A DNA stretch of 64,000 nt from Clostridia bacterium (lineage in GTDB: Bacteria; Bacillota; Clostridia; UBA1212; DUPL01): NCBI GenBank assembly GCA_050951325.1, contig JBMNIW010000009.1:19675-83674 (forward strand), written 5' to 3'. Below, in pieces: positions 18,958 to 26,827 of this stretch. A model generated the notes under the pieces. That model saw only the letters and a list, made by a program, of their open reading frames with translations, had not been told where the DNA came from and made no database searches. Position 1 is the first letter of the stretch, and each line of letters opens with the position of its first letter. The position numbers and the translations under genes are program-made.

Positions 18958-21057
18958 TTAACATCGCAAGTCGTCAATATAATCTGTAATGAATTCCTTC
19001 CTCGTCAAGACATCGGGCAAATACTTTCTTAGCTTTCCACCCAAGTTATAAACATTTACATGAAAGTCATACTTGTCTGGTTTATTTTTCACAATCTCCC
19101 TTATAACAGCTCTTACATCCTTTGCATAACTGTCTGGTATTGAAATATATATTGGTACAAAGCTTGCATAACAAATCTCATTTCGATACCCATGCATCTT
19201 TAAAGCATGGGAAAAATACATAATTTCTTTTGTACCAAGCTTCGGCACAAACAAACACTTGTCTCCTGTTTGAACCACATCGTCTTTAATACTTATAGCT
19301 GCAAACATATTCCGTGATGAAACCAGTCTGTCCAAGGCCCTTTTGCCGAGATATCCATAAGTTTTATCCGATGATAATACCTCAAACACCTTTTCTACCA
19401 GCTTCGTTGGGACTATCAACCTAATGTATGATTTGTATTTGCTTTCCGCATGCTCATCATAAGGTTTTACATAAATAACATGCGAATTCTTGTCAATTGA
19501 AACAACCTGCCAAGCTCTCCCTGCAAGGGAGAAGGTTTCTTCCTCTTCGTAAGGAACCATAACCTGTCCAATCTCCCTGTTCTCATAAATCACAGAATAC
19601 TCTATAGAAGTTTCAAATACGGAAAAGAAATCATAATTGGATACAATAGCTTCTCCAAGGGGACCTACATGCAGGAATCCCTCTTCCGTTCTTTCCAAAA
19701 GCCCGTCTTCGAGCATTTTTAAAAGCAGTAGTCTGTAATCTTCCTGGGAGATGTTTCTGAAGGGACTCAGTGTCAGAATATATTCTGCAAGTTTTGCTAC
19801 CCTTGTCTCATGTACGGAAGCAACATGGCTAAGCGTCTGATGAAGAAGGATTTCGTATGGATATTTTCCTGGGACTACAGCCTCTATCCACCTTTCGTTT
19901 AAATATAGCTCAATAATTGCTATGCATTTTACAAGCTCCCAATCTATCTTGTCTATAGGCATGTTGCCATAGCCTGGTTTCTCCCTAAAAGTAAAATACA
20001 TGACTCCTACACCGCTTTTTCGACCGCTTCTTCCAAGTCTTTGAACAAAGGAGGATACACTTAGCGGTGCACCTGTTTGAACAATCATCTCCAAATCTCC
20101 CACGTCAATACCAAGTTCCAGAGTCAGAGTAGCTCCAACCACCGTCTTTACCTCTTCCATCTTCATGGCCGTCTCCGCTTCCTCCCTCATGGATTTTGAT
20201 ATGTTGCCATGGTGAACCTTGTATACATCCATTGTCCCCATCTCTTTGGCAATTCTCCTCAGACTAGCAATGTTTTCTTCCACTTCTGCCTTGCTGTTTG
20301 AGAATATTATGCATTGCCTGTTCAATGTCCTTTTGTACAAATCCATAAAGAACTCCTCTTCCTTTTGGAAATCCACAAAAAGCTTAAGCCTTCTTCCCTT
20401 TTCCTCAATCATGGGAACCTGACACGCTCTGTGTGTTCCAGCACATAAAAACTTTTTGGCGTATGTGTAATCTCCCAAAGTGGCTGACAATCCTATGCGT
20501 ATGGGTATTCTGTTTATGCTTCTTTGAATTCTTTCAAGGATGCAAAGGAGCTGAATCCCCCTGCCACTTCCCATGAAGGTATGAACCTCATCAATGATAA
20601 TGTATCTTAAATCAGAAAACAGATACTTTATTTCATGCTGTCTCAATACAAGCATTGCCTCTAGCGACTCGGGTGTTGTCTGCAGTATTCCTTCAGGTTC
20701 TCTTCTCAGTCTTTCTTTGCCACTTGACGAAGCATCTCCGTGCCACTTGGTAACAGGGATATTTGCCTCCTTCAGCAAATCAATCAGTCTTTCAAACTGA
20801 TCATTAATCAGAGCCTTTAACGGACTTATATACAATACCGAAACGGAATCAATTTTTTCCTTGTATATCTTTGAAATAACGGGCAAAAAGGCAGCCTCCG
20901 TCTTCCCGGAGGCCGTGCCCGATGCCAATAGCAGATTGTCTTGTGTGTTGAAAATACATTCACAAGCAGCAATCTGTATGTCTCTCAGTTCCTTCCATTT
21001 GCTTTTGTATATATACTCCTGTATGAAAGGAGCAAGCTTTTTAAAGGCATTATTCAT
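18958..21057 (-). CDS. Lhr-like DEAD/DEAH-box SF2 helicase (helicase component of a Shango-type triad, SngC-like)
   Basis: 699 aa. Motif I is ASGTASGKTEAA, motif II is IIIDEVHTF, motif III is LSATL and motif VI is QRLGRSGR. A roughly 300-aa C-terminal extension has no motif I recognise. Its ATG overlaps the upstream ATPase stop (ATGA). Confidence 0.85.
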   Translation of the reverse strand: MNNAFKKLAPFIQEYIYKSKWKELRDIQIAACECIFNTQDNLLLASGTASGKTEAAFLPVISKIYKEKIDSVSVLYISPLKALINDQFERLIDLLKEANIPVTKWHGDASSSGKERLRREPEGILQTTPESLEAMLVLRQHEIKYLFSDLRYIIIDEVHTFMGSGRGIQLLCILERIQRSINRIPIRIGLSATLGDYTYAKKFLCAGTHRACQVPMIEEKGRRLKLFVDFQKEEEFFMDLYKRTLNRQCIIFSNSKAEVEENIASLRRIAKEMGTMDVYKVHHGNISKSMREEAETAMKMEEVKTVVGATLTLELGIDVGDLEMIVQTGAPLSVSSFVQRLGRSGRKSGVGVMYFTFREKPGYGNMPIDKIDWELVKCIAIIELYLNERWIEAVVPGKYPYEILLHQTLSHVASVHETRVAKLAEYILTLSPFRNISQEDYRLLLLKMLEDGLLERTEEGFLHVGPLGEAIVSNYDFFSVFETSIEYSVIYENREIGQVMVPYEEEETFSLAGRAWQVVSIDKNSHVIYVKPYDEHAESKYKSYIRLIVPTKLVEKVFEVLSSDKTYGYLGKRALDRLVSSRNMFAAISIKDDVVQTGDKCLFVPKLGTKEIMYFSHALKMHGYRNEICYASFVPIYISIPDSYAKDVRAVIREIVKNKPDKYDFHVNVYNLGGKLRKYLPDVLTRKEFITDYIDDLRC

Positions 21058-22361
21058 AAAGTAAACTCCGCAAACTCATCTGAAACGTCATCATCTTCTG
21101 ATATCGCAAACTCAAAGCCGCTAGAACCCAGGACCTCTTGCACCGTCTTGTCCGGGTTTTGATAGAGGATATTCAAAAGTTCAATAAAATCCCTTATTAT
21201 CTCTCTGGGGGTTATAAAGGTTTGTGCGCCCACTCTTCCAAACTCAATCTTGAGGAAAGCCACAATATCCTCATCCGTTACCTTTGATTCATACCCATAT
21301 AGGCCTGAATGGATGGAAACCAATTTTTCAAGAAGCACAAAGGTTTCCTCCTGAGTAAGCGGCGCAAGCTTTATAACCGGTGCCAGCATGTCGCCATTAT
21401 TGTTTGTACTTATCCAGCCTGATTCGAGCCTTGATCTTAGGGCCTCATAACTGTAGACTCCCTTTCTTGGATCTTCCAGAGACTGGGGTGTAAGAGCCAT
21501 GATGATTCCCATGTGACTTGCTTTCCCCTGCAATGTATCATTGTACATGGAAAGAATTTTCTCATAATTGTACTGCCTTGTTATTGCGTGAGGCAGCTTG
21601 TATATGTTAACCAACTCATCAATCAGCATCAACAAACCTTTATAGCCTGCTTTAACAAGAAAGGATGCAAACACCTTTAAGTAGTCATACCAGTCGGAAT
21701 CCTTAATTATCACATTCACACCCAAATCCCTTCTGGCTTCCGTCATGGTTGTATACTCTCCTCTGAACCATCTCAGGACATTACTCTTCATTTCCTCATT
21801 TCCATCCCTGTACGCACGCCAGTAAAGACTCAACACCTTTGCAAAATCAAATCCATGTACCAGTTCCTTCAATTCGCCAACCGTTTCAAATATTCTTAAC
21901 TCAACTTCAGTAGATAGTTTTGCATCAAAAGCGGACAGTTCCTTTTCCCTCATTACTTTCTGCTGTATTGCATATATCCATTTTTCAAGTATCAAGGACA
22001 AGGCTCCGCCATCGGGCTTGGTTTTTGTGGACATGTTCTTCATAAGTTCCCTGTAGGTTGCCAAGCCCTGCTTCTGTGAACCCATAAACCTTCTTTCGGG
22101 AGACAAGTCGGCATCCACTACCACAAACCCTTTATCCATGGCATATGTCCTAATGGTCTGTAAGAGAAAGCTCTTTCCACTTCCGTATCTGCCAACAATA
22201 AATCTAAATGAAGCGCCACCATTCTGCACAACATCAATATCACCAAGCAAGGCATCTATTTCCTTCTCCCTGCCCACCGCAATATATCCAAGACCAACTC
22301 TTGGAACAACTCCACCTTTCAGTGAGTTCATTATTGCGGAAGCAATTCTTTTCGGAACCAT
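21054..22361 (-). CDS. DUF2791/BrxD-like P-loop ATPase (SngB-like)
   Basis: I chose the start MVPKRIASAIMNSLKGG at 22361 because of a GGGAGGT SD 8 nt upstream; the track ORF starts at 22394. Walker A is GRYGSGKSFLLQ and Walker B is LLMLIDELV. The start lies 4 nt after the stop of the TerB gene. Confidence 0.8.
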   Translation of the reverse strand: MVPKRIASAIMNSLKGGVVPRVGLGYIAVGREKEIDALLGDIDVVQNGGASFRFIVGRYGSGKSFLLQTIRTYAMDKGFVVVDADLSPERRFMGSQKQGLATYRELMKNMSTKTKPDGGALSLILEKWIYAIQQKVMREKELSAFDAKLSTEVELRIFETVGELKELVHGFDFAKVLSLYWRAYRDGNEEMKSNVLRWFRGEYTTMTEARRDLGVNVIIKDSDWYDYLKVFASFLVKAGYKGLLMLIDELVNIYKLPHAITRQYNYEKILSMYNDTLQGKASHMGIIMALTPQSLEDPRKGVYSYEALRSRLESGWISTNNNGDMLAPVIKLAPLTQEETFVLLEKLVSIHSGLYGYESKVTDEDIVAFLKIEFGRVGAQTFITPREIIRDFIELLNILYQNPDKTVQEVLGSSGFEFAISEDDDVSDEFAEFTL

Positions 22362-22365
22362 ATAG

Positions 22366-25300
22366 TTAACCTCCCAAAACTTTTTTAATGTCATCTAAAT
22401 AATCTTCAATTATCGTGCAATCCACATCCACTACGGTATCGCCTGTTGTTTCAAGAGCCACCTCATTTATGTCCTCGATAACAACTTCCAACATTACACC
22501 AAGTTTCCTGGCAACAGAATATGCATCCTCTTTGTTGGCTATTGCCTTTAACAAATGCATCTGAATATCATTCAGCATTCTTACAAACGAATTATATGGA
22601 TTCTCTCCTGAAACATCAATTATATCACAAATATCATTTGTTTTCTCTTCCGCTGCTGCAACTTCTTCAACTTCTTCCTCTTCATTAATAACAAGCTTTT
22701 CAGTTAGCTTTTGGGATACCTCTCTAATATCATCCAGCTTGTCAAAATCAATTTCCACCTTTTCAATTTTGGGAGTGGGTATCGCATCATCAACGAATAC
22801 TCCTTTTTCTCCCAAAACTTCTGCAGCAGCTGCCATAACGCAGTCGCCAAGCTTCTCCGCCCCTATGGTCTCAATCAAATACCTTATCTCATCACTTGTT
22901 TTATCCGTAATATCCAGAGGAGACTTGAGAGTTCCTTTGAAGGACAACAGATTTCTCAAGGCAATTTCTGCCAGTTTGACTATGATACCATATAGAACAT
23001 AAGTCGATTCTTTTAAACCACAGTATCCACAACGGCTTATGCATATTTCGTCCTTCCATTCATATGCCAAATAATCATTTATAACTGCCGTCTTCTTTCC
23101 TTTTCTTAATCTGACGTATTGCAAATCATTAAAAATCCCGTCTTTACGTTCAAGCTTTTGTCTTTCGCCCAATATATATGCAGGCAAAGAAAGGTCGTAT
23201 TTAGAAAAGAGTTCGTCCAGTTTTTCAAGCACCTTTGGCATGCAGAGATCTATAAGATAACCATCACTTCCTTTTCCAAAGGCACTTTCCCTTGCCCTGT
23301 ATGGACTTTTTTCAAGTATGTACTTGCTGGCACAATCATAGTCGCCTTCAAAAATCTTGTACAGCCCGTAGATGGTATAATATCTCTTTGGAAACTTTTT
23401 CACATAAAATGAATAGGTTTTTTCCAAATCATAGGCAATGTATGCATCCATGATGACACTCTCGATCAAGTCATCGATGTTATCCGAAACCTGGCTGTAT
23501 CCATGCCAGAATTTTATCAGCTTGTCCATCAATTCCTCTTCATTCTCAACTCCTATCAAATTGACAAGCTCGGACAAATACAAAAGAACCATGTTTTTGT
23601 TTGCAGGCTTGAATATTCCCCGCCTTACATCTGATCTCCAATTCAGGTAGTAACGGTTTGCAAAATCATAATCATGAGAGACTCTCTGTTTCTCATATAC
23701 ATCAACATCTTCAAGAAGGCATGCCTGAGTATAAAAATCAATAGGATTATAGTAGTCATACCTATAAGTTTGCCTGCTGGAAATCCTTTGTTCTTTAGCT
23801 TCAGAACTTACCAATGAAAGCAGATGCTTGTTTTGTTGAACTACTTCAGGATCATAATATCTCTTTTTTCCACCAAGAACAAAGCTTTCCAATCTTTGCT
23901 TTTCCTTTATCTTCACATCCTTGTAAATCTTTTTAACCTCATTGGTCAAAATATGCACAAATCTCATTGATTCAATGATTTCTGCATGTTTTGAGTATCT
24001 TTCCAGTCCTGAAAAGATAATATCAAAAGGAATATCTGAAAAATCTCCTTTTTTGTACCTTCTTGCTGCAGTGGCGATGATATTTACGACATACTCGCAA
24101 AACTTCTGTTCCCTCTTATCAAAATCACAGCCGTAATAGAACAAGGAACCATTTTCAAAAGTATACTTAATCCCCTTGTTAATATATGTTTCCTCTTTAA
24201 TCCTGCACTCCTTTTTATCAATAAGGTATCCTAGTTGCGAAAAGGACACTTCTTCTTTTATGACATTACCCAGCAATAGACTTCCAAGCGAAAATGCGCA
24301 TTCCCTTTCAAGCAGATCTGACGCCTCCTTAAGAGCAACGGGAAGAACCCTTTTTAGAACACTCTGAACTTCCTTTGAAACACGTATTCTTATCCTTCTG
24401 TTAAAATACTCATATACATTTGTGTAATTGCCATGAGCAATCTCATCCATAATCAAGGTATTGCCAATATACCCTTCAGGAAACCTTTCGCAAACCTCTG
24501 CAAAAGGCATGTCCAATCCTTTAAGGACATAGAACTCAATAATAGTGTCCTCCATTAGTTTATCAATATCAGTGACATTCCTCATACCTTTCCAGAAGTC
24601 TAAAAGTTTTGAAAGAGTATCCAGCTCATCAATACAATTTGCAAGAAGTATTGTTTCGTTCAGATACAGTTTAATATATCCGATATCCGCCTTTTCATAA
24701 ATCCCTTTTCTAATCTTTGTTCTCCATGAGAAATAGCCAAGCAGTTGCTGGTTTGTCATATGGGTATATGTAGGATATACATTTAAAAAATCCACCAATA
24801 CCACATCTTCATTGTACTCAACCTTTTCCATGAATTTAACTTGTTTTAGAAATAACTCCGCACCATAAATCATTCCTTTGGGAGTTCTTGAAAGAGATCT
24901 CATCTTATCGAACTTGTCTTTAATCCGAATCTGCCTGTTGCGTTCAGCAACTTCTTCATGCATAACGATAGCTATTTGCTTATGGATTACCTTAACCAGT
25001 TCTCCTGTATCTATTATGCTGCGCATCTCTTCGTCCTGGTAAAGACTCGTATCATATATTTTCAAGGGTTTTTCACCAAGAATTTCCCTTATTCTTGATT
25101 CCATATGCTTAAGTATGAAAGATATGAGTCTTGCATGTTTCCTGACAGGGAAGAGCTTTTCCGCATACAGGATTTGGTCTTGTACAAAATATCTTTCCGT
25201 TTCTGATATAACGTACTCACTGAATCCATAGTCCTTTTTCACAAATGGATTGTATTTGAAAGGCTCGTAAACATCCACTTTTCTTTCAAACAGCATTTCA

Positions 25301-25428
25301 TTGAACGAAATACCCTTCTGGGAAAAGTATTCACTCACACCTTTCATAACAACTTCAAAAACGCTGTCAATATATCTTCCTTTTTCACTTCTGTAAAAAG
25401 AGCTGCCATAAGATTTGGTGTTGGGCAC
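22366..25428 (-). CDS. TerB-N/TerB-C domain protein, major (C-terminal) part of a frameshifted gene (SngA-like)
   Basis: It contains two TerB-N-like modules (around aa 215-310 and 585-680: FSWRTKIRKG..IKLYLNE..LLDFWKG and YLNWRSDVRRG..LLYLSELVNLIGV..LIKFWHG) and a TerB-C-like tail (DFDKLDDIREVSQKLTE...EVVIEDINEVALETTGDTVVD). The annotated GTG start directly follows an in-frame stop, so this is probably not a real start. Confidence 0.75.
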   Translation of the reverse strand: MPNTKSYGSSFYRSEKGRYIDSVFEVVMKGVSEYFSQKGISFNEMLFERKVDVYEPFKYNPFVKKDYGFSEYVISETERYFVQDQILYAEKLFPVRKHARLISFILKHMESRIREILGEKPLKIYDTSLYQDEEMRSIIDTGELVKVIHKQIAIVMHEEVAERNRQIRIKDKFDKMRSLSRTPKGMIYGAELFLKQVKFMEKVEYNEDVVLVDFLNVYPTYTHMTNQQLLGYFSWRTKIRKGIYEKADIGYIKLYLNETILLANCIDELDTLSKLLDFWKGMRNVTDIDKLMEDTIIEFYVLKGLDMPFAEVCERFPEGYIGNTLIMDEIAHGNYTNVYEYFNRRIRIRVSKEVQSVLKRVLPVALKEASDLLERECAFSLGSLLLGNVIKEEVSFSQLGYLIDKKECRIKEETYINKGIKYTFENGSLFYYGCDFDKREQKFCEYVVNIIATAARRYKKGDFSDIPFDIIFSGLERYSKHAEIIESMRFVHILTNEVKKIYKDVKIKEKQRLESFVLGGKKRYYDPEVVQQNKHLLSLVSSEAKEQRISSRQTYRYDYYNPIDFYTQACLLEDVDVYEKQRVSHDYDFANRYYLNWRSDVRRGIFKPANKNMVLLYLSELVNLIGVENEEELMDKLIKFWHGYSQVSDNIDDLIESVIMDAYIAYDLEKTYSFYVKKFPKRYYTIYGLYKIFEGDYDCASKYILEKSPYRARESAFGKGSDGYLIDLCMPKVLEKLDELFSKYDLSLPAYILGERQKLERKDGIFNDLQYVRLRKGKKTAVINDYLAYEWKDEICISRCGYCGLKESTYVLYGIIVKLAEIALRNLLSFKGTLKSPLDITDKTSDEIRYLIETIGAEKLGDCVMAAAAEVLGEKGVFVDDAIPTPKIEKVEIDFDKLDDIREVSQKLTEKLVINEEEEVEEVAAAEEKTNDICDIIDVSGENPYNSFVRMLNDIQMHLLKAIANKEDAYSVARKLGVMLEVVIEDINEVALETTGDTVVDVDCTIIEDYLDDIKKVLGG

Positions 25429-25996
25429 TCATTTTGTCGAAATACGGCAGAGTATTTTCATAATCACCGGAATATATTCTGTCTTCGTAAGATGCTATTT
25501 GAAACTTTTCATCAAAACTCTTGACTATGTCTTTGAAAGAACCTACGGAATGAAGGATGCAGTAGTCTTTGATATTGTCATAAAACTCAAGATCAGTAAG
25601 CTCGTCGCATTTGTTCCATAAATCAATCAGAAGGGCAAGTCCTTCCTCGCTTGTTACACCCACCAGATTGACAAGCTCGTTTATGTATACAAGAATGTAT
25701 TCTCGTTTTGTTTGCTTGTAATTGTTCTCCAAAAACTGTGTGCGCCAGTACACGTAGTGATAGAGATTGGATTCCGTCATGTCTTCGAAGGCTCTAATGC
25801 TTCCAAGACCATCCGGTCTGCCCTTGTACGAATTATAAAAGCGATAGTCCTTTAAAAAGTCTGCACATTTAAAAAAACGGACAAAAGGCTCCCCATTGTC
25901 CCTGGATAATTCACGTACCTTGCTGATTGCTTCGTGATCCAGTATCTTTTCTGACAACAATGTGAAAGCCTTTTCCGTTAAATTCTTTTCCTTCAT
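25385..25996 (-). CDS. TerB-N domain protein, N-terminal fragment of the same gene
   Basis: 203 aa carrying a third TerB-N module (YHYVYWRTQFLENNY..ILVYINELVNLVGV..LIDLWNK). It overlaps the downstream ORF by 44 nt in another frame. The module similarity continues across the frame change (see finding). Confidence 0.75.
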   Translation of the reverse strand: MKEKNLTEKAFTLLSEKILDHEAISKVRELSRDNGEPFVRFFKCADFLKDYRFYNSYKGRPDGLGSIRAFEDMTESNLYHYVYWRTQFLENNYKQTKREYILVYINELVNLVGVTSEEGLALLIDLWNKCDELTDLEFYDNIKDYCILHSVGSFKDIVKSFDEKFQIASYEDRIYSGDYENTLPYFDKMSAQHQILWQLFLQK

Positions 25997-26811
25997 CTTT
26001 TGGTTACATCATTCTCCTTGAGAAACTCTACAATTGCATTCACAATTGTATCCTGATATTCGTCACTTACAAGCTTCTTCTCTTCCTCTTCATTGGTCAA
26101 ATATCCAAGCTCGAGTATCATACACGGACCTTCTGTCCAGTTGATACTTGTATAATTGTCGCTTCTTCGGACATTTCTATTTGCGGCCCCTGTTGCATTT
26201 ACAAGCTTCTCCATAAGCATGTTTGCAATTGCAAGCTCATAGTTGGCAAGTGCCTTGGTTTCCTCACTGCCGTCACCCTTGTCCCTAATATATATCTCCA
26301 TGCCGTGTACATCCTTGTTGTCCACTCCATTCAAATGAATCCTGAGTGTAAGATGGGAACCGAACTCATTTGACATAAGAGCTCTTTCCTTGTTTGATAT
26401 GTCCACGTCATGAGTCTCTCTTGTCATAAGTACCTCTGCGCCTGCATTCATCAAAGCATCACGCAGCTTAAGACCAATCTTCAAAGTCAACATATACTCA
26501 GGTGTACCTGTAGTTGCACCCTTTGTACCTGCCGCAATCTTTCTCTTTTTTTCACTGCTCCACGGAGCCATTTCTTCAAGTTCATTGTTCGCTTTGCCCT
26601 GATGACCAGGATCAATGCATATCTTGAGACCATGCAAAGGAAGAACTTCTGTTGGAGAAGGAGTTGGTCCCTCCCCTTCTCCCGGTGTTTTATCAATGTT
26701 ATCAGTTAATGTCGGTTCCGTTGTTTCATCTGCTGGTACGTTGCTGTTTGCACATCCTGTAATAAGGAGTGCAATCAATACCAAAATTGCTGTTATCTTA
26801 TGTGTTTTCAA
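25993..26811 (-). CDS. N-acetylmuramoyl-L-alanine amidase lipoprotein (Amidase_3 type)
   Basis: It has a lipobox (LLITGC), a Pro/Thr linker, and catalytic-domain motifs (ICIDPGHQG, LRIHLNG, ILELGYLTNEEE). The start is TTG, with an AAGGAG SD. Its stop overlaps the TerB-N start (ATGA). Confidence 0.88.
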   Translation of the reverse strand: MKTHKITAILVLIALLITGCANSNVPADETTEPTLTDNIDKTPGEGEGPTPSPTEVLPLHGLKICIDPGHQGKANNELEEMAPWSSEKKRKIAAGTKGATTGTPEYMLTLKIGLKLRDALMNAGAEVLMTRETHDVDISNKERALMSNEFGSHLTLRIHLNGVDNKDVHGMEIYIRDKGDGSEETKALANYELAIANMLMEKLVNATGAANRNVRRSDNYTSINWTEGPCMILELGYLTNEEEEKKLVSDEYQDTIVNAIVEFLKENDVTKR

Positions 26812-26827
26812 CTCGTACTACTCCTTC

